64,000 bases of DNA from an uncultured Verrucomicrobiota bacterium (GTDB taxonomy: Bacteria > Verrucomicrobiota > Verrucomicrobiia > Limisphaerales > CAIQOK01). Shown here piece after piece: positions 44,147-54,700 of this stretch. The stretch covers positions 11,985 through 75,984 of the forward strand of contig CAIQOK010000163.1 in NCBI GenBank assembly GCA_903873415.1, read 5' to 3'. Below the pieces are notes generated by a model. The model was given only the letters and a program-made list of their open reading frames with translations, was not told the DNA's origin and searched no databases. Position numbers and translations under genes: made by a program. Position 1 is the stretch's first letter. Each line of letters starts with the position of its first letter.

Positions 44147-45031
44147 ATGCGTGTGCTGATTGCAGGCTGCGGTTATGTCGGCGTCCCTCTGGGGGGGGAA
44201 TTGATCCGGCAGGGGCACGATGTGTTTGGCCTGTGCCGGAGCGCGGGGTCTCTGGAAAGGCTGGCTGCGGCAGGCATCCGTCCCCTCTGCGCTGACATCA
44301 CACGGTTGGAATCGCTCAAGGTTTTGAGCGCGGATTTTGATTGGGTGGTGAACTGTGCCGCTTCGGGCGGGGGTGGGGCGGCGGCGTACGAGCAGACTTA
44401 TTTAACCGGCAACCGCAATCTTCTGGAGTGGTTGCGGCCCTCGCCGCCCCGGCAATTTATCTACACCAGCAGCACCAGTGTTTATGCCCAAGACGACGGA
44501 TCCCCGGTGAGCGAGGCTGACCTGGTGGAGCCGGGCACACAGACCGGTAAAATCCTGGTGGCGACGGAGCAGTTGTTGCTCTCGGCAGTTCCTTTGTTTC
44601 CCGCAACTATTTTACGCCTGGCCGGCATCTACGGGCCGGAACGCGGCTACTGGTTGAGGAACTATCTGAGCGGCGAAGCGAGTCTGGATGGGGACGGAGG
44701 TCGTTTTCTGAACATGGTTCATCGAGATGATGTTGTGGGGGCGGTGGTCGCCGCGCTGCAACGGGCTTCCGGCGGGGAAGTGTTCAATGTGGTGGACGAC
44801 GAGCCGGTCAGTCAGCGCGCGGTGTTTGAGTGGTTGGCGTCACGCCTTGGCCAACCGCACCCGGCGGCCGCGCCGGAAAATGTCGCGCGCGGCCGACCGC
44901 GACTGGTGACCAATAAGCGTGTGAGCAACCTCCGGTTCAAAACAAAAACGAATTATTCTTTCAAGTATCCAAGTTTCCGGGAGGGCTACGAAGCTGAAAT
45001 CCAGTGCATGTTGGCGGCGGGACAGCTCTAA
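44147..45031 (+). CDS. NAD(P)-dependent epimerase/SDR-family oxidoreductase
   Basis: Starts MRVLIAGCGYVGVPLGGELIRQGHDVFGL, a Rossmann GxGxxG motif. About 295 aa. Confidence 0.72.
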   Translation: MRVLIAGCGYVGVPLGGELIRQGHDVFGLCRSAGSLERLAAAGIRPLCADITRLESLKVLSADFDWVVNCAASGGGGAAAYEQTYLTGNRNLLEWLRPSPPRQFIYTSSTSVYAQDDGSPVSEADLVEPGTQTGKILVATEQLLLSAVPLFPATILRLAGIYGPERGYWLRNYLSGEASLDGDGGRFLNMVHRDDVVGAVVAALQRASGGEVFNVVDDEPVSQRAVFEWLASRLGQPHPAAAPENVARGRPRLVTNKRVSNLRFKTKTNYSFKYPSFREGYEAEIQCMLAAGQL

Positions 45032-45247
45032 ATTCCCACGGCCGCCAAGCGTTGACGGAGACCCAGATCCGGGCCGGGGGCGCCGGGCGGATTCTCCTGG
45101 CGTTGAGAGTTTCCACAGTGGAATCCAAGGGGCGTTTCTGCGGTGAGATCGGGCTCAGTAGCTTGGCCGGTTATAAGCCGTAGTTTGTCAGCGTCAGCCC
45201 CGCTTTGTGCGGGGATTGTCTGCATCGGATGGATTCAAGAAGAGGGA

Positions 45248-45430
45248 TCAGGCGTTGCGAGCCTGCGGGATTGCCAGATCTGGCTCCTCCAAGGCGGGTG
45301 TTCCAGGGGGCTGGCCGTAGTGAAACCCGGTTTCGTTTTCAAAACCCAAAGGCGCATTGGATGTCGCGATAAAGCCAATGCACAAGCCGCAAAGGATCAA
45401 CACGGCTGAAAGAACGAATAGTGTAATCAT
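45248..45430 (-). CDS. Hypothetical small single-pass membrane protein
   Basis: 60-aa ORF starting MITLFVLSAVLILCGLCIGFIAT, with one clear hydrophobic helix. There is no recognisable family and no clear RBS. Confidence 0.25.
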   Translation of the reverse strand: MITLFVLSAVLILCGLCIGFIATSNAPLGFENETGFHYGQPPGTPALEEPDLAIPQARNA

Positions 45431-45825
45431 GAAAGCATTTGAAGCACCCAAGGTGCCAGACCCGGATGCCCCGTTTTAAAGGTAATGCTCGTTCATCCGG
45501 TCGCCCCGCCCTCTGGCTTCCAGATTGCCTTGGTGAGGTGTTTGTTTCTCGGTGCTGCTTCCAATGCGGACTGGTCTCCCTTGCTCCCTTTTTTCCGCTG
45601 AGCGAGACGCCGCTCCTCTGTGTGTTCAAAAAACCGTCCTTGCCTTGGAAACAGGGGCATGGTTCAAACACATCAAGGCAGGGTGCCCAGGAATTGGAAC
45701 AGAACTGTCCCGAAATACTACGGTTGAGATGTTGCACTATGAGTCCGGCGGCAACGTGGTGGAAAGGTTCTGGGATTGATCGTGGGATTGATCACCGCAG
45801 CCGGAGTGGCTAGGATCAGCAGGCA

Positions 45826-46329
45826 ATGCAATCTCTTGAGATGCCCGACTCGCATCACCTTTCCTCCGCCATCGGTTGGATGGAGTTGGGGCTTCCGCTT
45901 GAGGCGGGGGCGGAGGTTGCACTGATTTCCGGGCCGAATCAGAACCACCCTGATGTGCTGGAGGTGCGGTGGACTTTGCTGGCCGAGTCGGGCCGATGGG
46001 AGCAGGCGCTGGAAGTGGCGCGGGCTTTGGTTCGGGTCGACCCCGGGCGGGCTTCCGGGTGGTTGCATCAGGCCTATGCGCTGCGGCGGGCACCGGAGGG
46101 CGGATTGCAGGCAGCCTGGGATGCCTTGATGCCAGCCTGGGAGCAATTCCCCCGCGAATCAATCATCCCGTATAATCTCTCCTGTTATGCTTGCCAGTTG
46201 AAGCGACCGGAGGAGGCGTTGGATTGGTTGCGGCGCGCGCTACGAAGCGGGGGACCCGCAGAAATCAAGAGGATGGCCATGCAGGATCCCGATCTGGCGC
46301 CGTTGCGTGCGCAAATCGAACAGCTCTGA
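45826..46329 (+). CDS. Tetratricopeptide-repeat-like protein
   Basis: 167 aa with repeated helical A/L/W-rich units (WEQALEVARALVRVDP..., PEEALDWLRRAL). Confidence 0.55.
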   Translation: MQSLEMPDSHHLSSAIGWMELGLPLEAGAEVALISGPNQNHPDVLEVRWTLLAESGRWEQALEVARALVRVDPGRASGWLHQAYALRRAPEGGLQAAWDALMPAWEQFPRESIIPYNLSCYACQLKRPEEALDWLRRALRSGGPAEIKRMAMQDPDLAPLRAQIEQL

Positions 46330-46825
46330 GCGGCCGGTCTTCCATTGCCTGCCGGTGGGATGCGGCGCTGGCACGGAATTCTTGCCGCGTGCGGTGAAAT
46401 CAGTTCCTTTGAAAATACCAGTCTGAAAGGTTCAAGCCGATGAGCCTGAAACGGAATGGAGACTCAGCAGACGGTCAAATCCGCTTGATTCACTCGCTGC
46501 TCTGCATGGGAAGCAAGGATGTTGAGCAAAGCCTAGGCATTGGCGACGGGCCTTTTGCGATGAAGCTTCAGCCTGCCGCTTCTCGACTCCGGCTGCGCCG
46601 TGGCTTCTGTGGCGCATCATCCCGACCACCACGGCGTTTCTCCTCGCGTTTAATCCCAGTCCCATGGCTGCTGGATCACCGAAGGCGGAAGGTAAATCCG
46701 GGACTTTGTCAACAAGGCCCGAGGATTGGCAGGCTGTTGACGAAGGCGTGGTGTTCCAAGTGGAAAATCGGTTTTCAACAGCCTGTGAGGCGCGAGGGAA
46801 TGCCGGTCCGGCGGCGGTCCGCCGG

Positions 46826-48001
46826 TCACTTTCGCGCCGCCAGAAACTGCACGTGGCGGTCGATGCGGTTGCCGGCCTCGACGAGCTGTTCGTAACTTGT
46901 GGCGAAGCAGGCGCGGCAGAAGCCCGTTCCGTTTTCGCCGAAGGCCGTGCCGGGAACCATTGCCACCTTCTCCGTCTGCAGCAGGCTGACTGCGAATTCC
47001 TTTTCACTCAGGCCGGTCCGTGAAACATCCGGAAAGGCGTAGAAGGAACCGCGTGGCAGATGGCATTTGAGGCCGATCTCATTGAGGCGGCGGACGATGA
47101 AATCGCGGCGGCGATGATATTGCTCGCGCATTTTCAGCATGCCCTCCTCGCCGCGCACCAGCGCTTCTATGGCGGCTTCCTGGCTGATGATGGAGGCGCA
47201 CATCATAGAGTATTGATGCACTTTCATCATGGCTTCGACCAAGGGTGCCGGGCCGCAGGCGTAGCCGATGCGCCAGCCGGTCATGGCAAAGGCCTTGGAG
47301 AACCCGTGCAGAAAAATCGTCCGCTCCTGCATGCCAGGGAGGCTGGCGATGCTGACATGCTGCCCCTCAAAGGTGAGTTCGGAATAGATCTCGTCGCTCA
47401 ACACGAGGAGGTCTTTTTCGATGGCAAATTTGGCAATGTCCTCAAGCTGCCGGCGGTTGCAGGTTCCCCCGGTGGGATTGCAGGGCAGGTTGAGCATCAG
47501 CAGTTTGGCTCCGGGCTGCCAGGCGGCGCGCAAGGCGTCTGCGGTGAGCGCAAAATTGTCCTTGGCGTAGGTGGGCACGGGGATGGCTTGGCCGTGCGCC
47601 AGCGTGATGCTGGGATGATAGCTCACGTAGCACGGTTGGTGGAACATGACCTTGTCTCCGGGGTTGATGAGGGCTCGGGTGGCGATGTCGATCGCCTCGC
47701 TGACGCCGACGGTGACGATGATTTCATCCTCGGGGCGGTAGCTGACGGCGAAGTTTTTTTCAACGTAGCGGTTGATAGCGCGGCGCAGTTCGATGAGGCC
47801 GAGGTTCGAGGTGTAATGAGTTTTCCCCTTTTCCAGCGCGTAGATTGCCGCCTCGCGGATGTGCCATGGGGTGTCGAAATCAGGTTCGCCGATGCCCAGA
47901 GAGATGACGTCCTTCATCTTGGAGACGATCTCGAAAAAGTCGCGGATGCCCGAGCGGGGCAGGTCGATGACGTGGCGGGCGATGAAGCGGGATGAGTCCA
48001 T
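46826..48001 (-). CDS. Pyridoxal-phosphate-dependent aminotransferase, class I (AlaT/AspC-like)
   Basis: Contains LGIGEPDFDTPWHIREAA, NPTGG and SKAFAMTGWRIGY (PLP-binding Lys). The ATG at 48001 is preferred over the TTG at 48022. Confidence 0.9.
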   Translation of the reverse strand: MDSSRFIARHVIDLPRSGIRDFFEIVSKMKDVISLGIGEPDFDTPWHIREAAIYALEKGKTHYTSNLGLIELRRAINRYVEKNFAVSYRPEDEIIVTVGVSEAIDIATRALINPGDKVMFHQPCYVSYHPSITLAHGQAIPVPTYAKDNFALTADALRAAWQPGAKLLMLNLPCNPTGGTCNRRQLEDIAKFAIEKDLLVLSDEIYSELTFEGQHVSIASLPGMQERTIFLHGFSKAFAMTGWRIGYACGPAPLVEAMMKVHQYSMMCASIISQEAAIEALVRGEEGMLKMREQYHRRRDFIVRRLNEIGLKCHLPRGSFYAFPDVSRTGLSEKEFAVSLLQTEKVAMVPGTAFGENGTGFCRACFATSYEQLVEAGNRIDRHVQFLAARK

Positions 48002-48042
48002 TTTGAAATTGTGAATTCCCAATGACTAGGGGCCGGTTTGAA

Positions 48043-48522
48043 TCACGGTGCGACGTTGAGGCGTCCGGTTTCCTCGGTCCGGCCTTCCATGAGGATGCCC
48101 GACTGCTTGTAGGAGCGCAGAACGAAATGGGTGGCGGTGGAGAGGACGCCCTCGAGTGTGGAGAGTTTCTCGGACACGAAGGCGGCCACCCTCTGGAGGC
48201 TTGTGCCGTTGACGAAGACCAGCAGATCGTAGCCGCCGGAAATCAGGTGGCAGGATTCAACCTCGTCGAAGCGGCTGATGCGCCCGGCCAGGCGGTTGAA
48301 TCCTCCGCCGCGTTCGGGCGTGATGCGGACCTCGATGATGGCGCGCACGCCCCCTTCGTCCTCCGAGAGATTCAGCACGGGGCGCCAACCAAGCAGCACC
48401 CGCTGCTGCTTGAGGTTGTCGATTTCCCGGTTCACGTCGGATTCAGGCAGGTTGAGGACCTGGGCCATGTGCGCGGTGTTCAGACTGCCGCCTTCGAGTA
48501 AAAGTTTTAAAACCGGATTCAT
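48043..48522 (-). CDS. Lrp/AsnC-family transcriptional regulator
   Basis: 159 aa. It has an N-terminal HTH and a C-terminal RAM-domain pattern (VRAIIEVRITPE...VESCHLISGGYDLLVFV). Confidence 0.87.
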   Translation of the reverse strand: MNPVLKLLLEGGSLNTAHMAQVLNLPESDVNREIDNLKQQRVLLGWRPVLNLSEDEGGVRAIIEVRITPERGGGFNRLAGRISRFDEVESCHLISGGYDLLVFVNGTSLQRVAAFVSEKLSTLEGVLSTATHFVLRSYKQSGILMEGRTEETGRLNVAP

Positions 48523-48731
48523 TGAGGTTCTAGTTTTGCAAAAGGCCCCTGAAACTCCAGCCTAATTCTCTCAGCCCGCACGTAGTCCCGGTCATCCTTG
48601 ATGAGGCCTGGCCAAGTGCGGATGAAACATGGAATCAGAGCCCCGCCCTCGGCCGGCAATGGCAAGAGCGCTGGTTCTCAGGATCATCGCCGGGGTTTTG
48701 ACGGCCCGTTGGCGCGGGCCGGTTTGGGCCG

Positions 48732-48768
48732 CCGGTCTCCTTTTTTGTGGAAAAGGAATCCAGACCGG
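48732..48768. repeat. Imperfect inverted repeat or hairpin in the Lrp/isochorismatase divergent region
   Basis: ccggtct cctttt-ttgtgg-aaaagg(aatcc)agaccgg: 13 bp of pairing with a 5-nt bulge, 48 nt upstream of the ATG at 48816. Confidence 0.4.
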
Positions 48769-48815
48769 ATAGAATCGGGTCGTAGTCTGTCAAATCCAAA
48801 AAATCACAGAGAAAT

Positions 48816-49427
48816 ATGAATCCCAAATCAACAGCCATTATCATGGTGGGTTACCAGAACGACTATTTTGCGGCCAACGGCATCCTCCGAGGGGTCGTGG
48901 AAGAGCCCGACCGGGTGGACAGCGTTCTGGTCAACACCCTGGATTTTATCCGCGCGGTGGTCTCCACGCCGATAACGATTATTTCGACCCCGATTGTTTT
49001 GGAGCCGGGCTATCGGGCGCTGGCCAATTCGGTGGGGATTCTGGACACGATCAAGGCGTCCGGTGCTTTCAAAGCGGGAACGGCCGGAGCGGACAACATT
49101 CCCGAACTGACGGCGTTTGGGGACCGCATCACCTATGTGAAAGGGAAGGTGGGATTCAACGCGTTTTCGAGCACTGAACTGGATCGTATTTTGAAGGAGC
49201 GCGGGATCAAGGACGTGCTTGTGGCGGGGATGGTGACTTCGCTTTGCATTGATTCGACGGGGCGTGCGGCCTATGAGCGCGGGTATGGGGTGCAAATCCT
49301 CTCGGACTGCACATCGGCGCGGACCCGGGCGGAACAGGATTTTTTCTGCAAGAATATTTTCCCGCTTTATGGCGGGGTTCTCGACAGCCACCAAGCGTTG
49401 GAACAGCTTACGGTGGTTGCGGGGTGA
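48816..49427 (+). CDS. Isochorismatase-family cysteine hydrolase
   Basis: Contains AIIMVGYQNDYF (Asp) and VLVAGMVTSLCIDSTGRAAYERGY (nucleophile Cys). 203 aa. Confidence 0.85.
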   Translation: MNPKSTAIIMVGYQNDYFAANGILRGVVEEPDRVDSVLVNTLDFIRAVVSTPITIISTPIVLEPGYRALANSVGILDTIKASGAFKAGTAGADNIPELTAFGDRITYVKGKVGFNAFSSTELDRILKERGIKDVLVAGMVTSLCIDSTGRAAYERGYGVQILSDCTSARTRAEQDFFCKNIFPLYGGVLDSHQALEQLTVVAG

Positions 49428-49440
49428 CCGGGCGAGCCTC

Positions 49441-51276
49441 ATGCCACAAGAGCCTGATAGAAAGGTTGCATGCCTCGCCACGGACCTTCATGTACAGGCG
49501 ACGTATCGTCTCACCGAGGCTTTGGTTGAGTCGGAAAACCGGATGCGGCGCCGGATCGAACTGCTCTCCGAGATTGTCTTTGAGACTAACCTGCAGGGCA
49601 AATTGGTCTTTCTGAATGCGGCCTGGCAGAAAGTCCTGGGTTATCCGGTTGAGTCTTCTCTGGGCCGGACCCTGTCCGAGTTTGTCTATGGGGGGGATCA
49701 ACCGGTTCTGGAGGCGGCAATGCCCGGAAAGGTCCCGCCGCTATCCGCGCTTCGGCCCCGCGTGCGGTTCCTCGGGGAGAAGGGGGAGGTCGCATGGATG
49801 GAAGTGTCTGTGGCACAACTACCTGACGGTGGCCTTGTGGGCACCTTGTACAACATCACCGATGTCATAAAGGCCCAGGACGAGCTGGCCAAGTTGTCGC
49901 TGGTCGCCAGCTTCACGGATAATTTTGTGATCATCACCGATCATCTCGGCCGGACCGAGTGGGTGAACCAGGCGTTTACAAAGCGGACGGGCTATTCGAT
50001 CGAGGACATGCTTGGCCGCAAGCCGGGGGAACTGCTACAGGGGCCGGAGACAGACAAACAGACGGTGGAGCAGATCCGTAATTTATTGAAGGCTGAGAAT
50101 TCCTTCACCTCGGAATTGCTTAACTACAGCCGCTCCGGCGAGAGTTACTGGGTGTCCTTTCGGATTTCACCCATCAAGGATGCTCAGGGTCGTGTCTCGC
50201 GTTATGTGTCGATTCAGACGGATTGCACCGACCTGAGGCGCAACCAAGAAGCTTTGGGTCGGCTGGCTGCGATTGTGACCACTTCGGAGGATGCCATTTT
50301 GAGCACGACGCTCAGTGGTTTGGTCACCACTTGGAATACAGCCGCGGAGCTGCTCTTTGGCTACACTGAGGCCGAGATGCTTGGCAAGCCGGTAACTGTT
50401 CTTCTGCCCCAGCAGAGCCTGCACGAGGAGACGATCACTCTGGCCCGGATCAAAGCGGGGCACCGGTTGGACCCTTTTGAAACCGTGCGGATCAAAAAAG
50501 ACGGGACTGCGGCGGAGGTTTCCGTGACGCTTTCTCCCATCAAGAACGCCGACGGCAAAGTCATTGGCGCTTCGACCATTGTCCGAAGCATCACGGATCG
50601 CAAGCGGGCGGAAAAATCCTTGAAAGACTCCTTGAAGGAAAAAGAGGCGCTGCTCAAGGAGGTGCATCACCGGGTGAAAAACAATCTTCAGATTATCAAC
50701 AGCCTGCTGCGGATGGAGGCGGGGCGGAACACGGATTTACCCACGCAGAATGTTTTAAAAGAAATGCATGGGCGCGTTCGTTCCATGGCTCTGCTGCATG
50801 AATCGCTCTATCGTTCCAGCACTTTCGCGGCGGTGGATCTCGGTGATTATTTGCAAAAACTGGTGAGCCAGACCTTCCTCCTGCTGGTGGGCGGTCTCAA
50901 CCGGATCCGGCTTCAGACCGATTTAGCCAGTGTCCAAGTGGCCATGGACCAAGCCCTACCCTGTGGTTTGATTATCAACGAGTTGATTTCCAATTCAATC
51001 AAGCATGCTTTTCCTGGCAGCCGGCACGGGGAAATACGGATTGAGCTGAAGGTGCTTGAAAACGGGCAAAGATTGCGGTTAAGCCTGAGCGACAACGGAG
51101 TGGGTCTGCCGCCGGACTTTCTGGAACGCAGCGACAAGTCCCTGGGCTTGAAACTGGTCGGGGACCTGGCCGACCAGCTCAATGGCCGGCTGGAAACAGG
51201 TTCGCATCCGTCGGCCAGTTTTGCCGTCGAATTCGAGCCTGACAACAGGGAGGGGTGCGGGGTGCCGGCCGCATGA
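49441..51276 (+). CDS. Multi-PAS sensor histidine kinase (HisKA_2/HWE-type)
   Basis: Three PAS-like repeats. The H-box reads EKEALLKEVHHRVKNNLQIINSLL. The ATPase blocks are LIINELISNSIKHAF and LSLSDNGVGLP. The ATG at 49441 avoids a 180-nt overlap with the isochorismatase gene. Confidence 0.88.
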   Translation: MPQEPDRKVACLATDLHVQATYRLTEALVESENRMRRRIELLSEIVFETNLQGKLVFLNAAWQKVLGYPVESSLGRTLSEFVYGGDQPVLEAAMPGKVPPLSALRPRVRFLGEKGEVAWMEVSVAQLPDGGLVGTLYNITDVIKAQDELAKLSLVASFTDNFVIITDHLGRTEWVNQAFTKRTGYSIEDMLGRKPGELLQGPETDKQTVEQIRNLLKAENSFTSELLNYSRSGESYWVSFRISPIKDAQGRVSRYVSIQTDCTDLRRNQEALGRLAAIVTTSEDAILSTTLSGLVTTWNTAAELLFGYTEAEMLGKPVTVLLPQQSLHEETITLARIKAGHRLDPFETVRIKKDGTAAEVSVTLSPIKNADGKVIGASTIVRSITDRKRAEKSLKDSLKEKEALLKEVHHRVKNNLQIINSLLRMEAGRNTDLPTQNVLKEMHGRVRSMALLHESLYRSSTFAAVDLGDYLQKLVSQTFLLLVGGLNRIRLQTDLASVQVAMDQALPCGLIINELISNSIKHAFPGSRHGEIRIELKVLENGQRLRLSLSDNGVGLPPDFLERSDKSLGLKLVGDLADQLNGRLETGSHPSASFAVEFEPDNREGCGVPAA

Positions 51277-51350
51277 AATTTTTTTTGAGGCGGTGATTTC
51301 ATAAAAGGCTGGCCGGAGTCGGCAATCCAACTTTGAAATCCTAGTCAACC

Positions 51351-51770
51351 ATGAGCAACCAGAAGAAAAGGCCGAGGATTTTCATCGTGGAGGATGAGTC
51401 GATCGTCGCCCGCGACATACGCCAGCAGTTGGAAAAGCTTGGCTATGAGGTGGTCGCGAACACCCGGCGCGGCGAGGATGCCATTCAATTAACCGGAAAA
51501 CTAAGTCCAGACCTGGTGCTGATGGACATTGAATTGGCCGGGCGGATGAAAGGGACCGAAGCGGCTCAGGTCATCATGGAGCAGTTTGGAATTCCGCTTG
51601 TTTTTCTCACCGCCAACGCCGATATGGAAACGATGCAATCGGCCAAGGAGGTGAAGCCGCACGGCTACATTCTCAAACCGTTTTCTGAGGAGGAGCTTCA
51701 AAAGGCGGTTTGCAAAGCACTGTCGGGGCAGGAGGATAAACCCAAGCAGGATGGTCCTGGCGCCGGCTAG
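51351..51770 (+). CDS. Single-domain response regulator (CheY-like receiver)
   Basis: Contains RIFIVEDES, DLVLMDIEL (phospho-acceptor Asp) and VFLTA...KP. Confidence 0.9.
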   Translation: MSNQKKRPRIFIVEDESIVARDIRQQLEKLGYEVVANTRRGEDAIQLTGKLSPDLVLMDIELAGRMKGTEAAQVIMEQFGIPLVFLTANADMETMQSAKEVKPHGYILKPFSEEELQKAVCKALSGQEDKPKQDGPGAG

Positions 51771-51786
51771 CCGCACCCGCAGCGGG

Positions 51787-54700
51787 TCAGGGCGCGGCCG
51801 GGAGAGGGTTGGTGGCTGGGGGTGCGGGTGAATCGGGGGCGAGTTCTTTGAGGGTGCGCAAGGGATGCAGCGGCAGCAGCAGCAGTTTGGGCAGGATGAA
51901 CACCGGTTCTGTCTTGGGCGCATCCAGCGTGCCGGTGACTTTGTATTCAAAGAGTTTGGTAACCGGCCAGAGCATGGTGCTCAACACTGGGCCGAACACC
52001 CAGGTGCTGCGCAGCAGTTCGGCTTGAACCCGGGCGTTGAAGCTCCGGTCCATCCCCAGAGTGCCCCGGTATTGCAGGCGCACCGCTGCGGCCCGGATCT
52101 CCAAATCATCCGATCGCAGTGTGCCGTTGGTGATGGAGAAGGTGGCCGACGCTTCGCCGGCCCGGCTGCTGCCCAGCCCGGGTGAAATGCCCTCCAGCAC
52201 GGGCGACAAGATCCCAAAGACAGGGATCGACCAGATCAGCCCCTCGCGCAGGCTGACTTGTCCGCCGCCGCGCAGGCTGGTTAGATCGGAGGTGTCGCCG
52301 TTGGTGAGGGTCGCCGTGCCGGTCAGCCGGCCCTCCAGTTGTCCCGGGCGGGTGGACAGGTTGCTGATCAGCGCGCGGAGATCCGCATTGGTCACGGCCA
52401 CAGTGAACTGGAATTTCGTGCCAGGGGATTCTTGTGGAAACTCAAATTGCGCCTGACCTGCCGCAGTTCCGTCATAGAAAGCGGCCTGTATTTGTTTAAG
52501 GTCCAGATGCTCTCCCACCCAATCCACATGCCCTGAAATATGGGTCGCCGCAAGCCGCCACCATTGGAAAGAGTCCCCGTCCACGTCGAAATGCAGGTCC
52601 GCCAGTCTTTCGTCGCGGATGGGGATGATGCCTTCGGCATGCACGCGGGGCGGGTGGAGAAAACGGTAGGGGGCCATGATCAGGGTCGTCTTGGGCCCTA
52701 TCATGCGGGTGACCACATCCGCATCCACTTGGCCGGTGGCGTTGGTGAGATAGACTCGTTGTCCGATCAGGTCCACCCCAACGCTGGAGGCCATGGCGCT
52801 TTGCGCCCCCACCTCGGCCCGCGGCGCCAGGCAGCGAAGGTAGCCGTTGGTGTAGTCCAGCCCCGTCTCGACGCGGCTGATCGGCTGTCCCCGAAAACTG
52901 CAGTTGGTCACGAGGATGTGTCCCCGCACTCCGATGCCTTGGAGATCATACCAGCGGCCGTGGATTTCGGCATCAATCACGGGTGGCTGGGTAAAGCCGG
53001 CCAGTTTGAAGCGGCGCTGCTGGTTGGTGTTGAGCAGCGGGCGGATCAGAAGCGGATCAAGCGTGCTATGGATCTGGAATGAATAGCTGTGGGTGACCTC
53101 ATCGGATTGATGACTCAGGTTAAGGGTGCCCTCGGGCCGTGTGGCCAGAAGGTCCGGGACCCTCCAAAAACGGTTGGAATAAGAAAAGTGGGCCGCAAGT
53201 GTGTCGGTGGTCACGCCGCGGAAGGCGGCATGATCCATCTGGACATATCCCTGCAGGGAGACGGTGGGCTGCACTTCGTTTTGCCAATCGGGCCAGGCGC
53301 GGGTCCAGGCGGGCAGGGTAAGGGTGCCGGCGGCCTGAAGACGGGGGGGGCTGGACCATGAAAATTGTTCGAGCCAGTGCCGGCTTTTTTCGGTGAGCAT
53401 CCCGGAGAGGCCGTGCGGTTCAAAACCGGACCGGCCGTTGAACCGGAGTTTGCGGGTGATGGTATTGAGGCCGGCCTGCATGTCCAGCGTGCCGCCGTAA
53501 AGCTTGGCGGTCAGGTTGGAGATCTGGAGTTCAGGCGCGAGCCAGCGGCCGCTGCAGGACAGTTCGTCCGCATTGAGCTTGGAAAATTGAGCTTCCCGGG
53601 CCCGCGCCGCAAAGGCCACTTCGAAGGGGGTCAGGGTCTGCCAGAAAGGCCAGCCGTTGGTGGTGCCTGACATTGTGAAAATAGGGGTTGCCGGGAAGAA
53701 ATTCAGGTTCAGGCTTGCATCCCGGGCGCTGCCCCAAGGGGAGCGGGCCTCAGCCACATGGAGGCCAGCCCGGGCGTTCAAAGGCAGCGCATGGGTGAGA
53801 GACTGCAGCCATTCGGCGTTGAGCCCCACTCCGTCGGCGCTGCCCCAAGGTGTCCGTGCGGTGGCGGCTCTGAGATGCAGCCTGGCGGGAAAGGTGTCCG
53901 AATCCGGGGCCGCGGCATCGGCGTTGATGCTCAAAGTGAGATTGGTGGTGATGGCCCAGGGTGTTTGGGCCCGGGCTGCGTTGAGGTGGAGCTCCAGCCG
54001 GACGGCGCCGTTGCTACCTGCGGGGACCAATGCCATCGAGAGATTACCCTGGTGCACTTGCCCCCAGGGGGTTTGGGCATCGGCCGCCTGCAATGTCAAG
54101 CGCGCTACCAGACCTGAAAGGTTGCGCGCATCTCCCCGCACTTCCAGTTTCAGGCGCGGCGGGGTCGAATAATGGATTTTGGCCAGGGTATCGGCCAGAA
54201 GGGTGAGACGTTCCTGGATCACACCCGCTGGCCGGGCAGGGGAGGCCTGAAAGGATTTCCAGTCCCGGATGGACGAGGCGTTGGTAATGACCGCGTCGAG
54301 CTGGATGTCAGCCCCGGCAAAGGAGGCGCGAAAGGGTTGCAATTGCCAGACGTCGTGTGGAAGGAGGTGGAGTTCGGCTTGGATGTTTTCGAAGGCCAGC
54401 TCGCGGGGGGTGAGGTTTGTGCTTAGCGGCCAGGAAAACCGGCCCTGACGCAACCAAAGAGAGTCCACCTGCAGATGGCGGTGCAGCAGCGCGGACAGAT
54501 TGATTCCCACCGCCACTTCCCGAAGGGTCAGGCTGGGTGCCGCGGCATCCGCGGTTGGGCCGAAGGCCACGTTTTCAGCCACAATGCCCCGCTCCCAGTG
54601 CCAGCGCATCCGGGTGAATCGGAGGTCGATTCCGCCGGCACGGAGTTTTTCCAGCACGGGGCGTTTGACAAAATCCGGGAGGCCCACCCGGTTGAGATAG

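Noticed and set aside
45771-45793. Tandem direct repeat tgggattgatc(g)tgggattgatc, 33 nt upstream of the TPR gene.
   Set aside because: There are only two copies of an 11-mer. That is too short to call an iteron or operator without conservation data.
49249-49440. Upstream extension of the histidine kinase ORF.
   Set aside because: It overlaps the last 180 nt of the isochorismatase gene in another frame, and its translation is Arg-rich junk. The ATG at 49441 is used instead.
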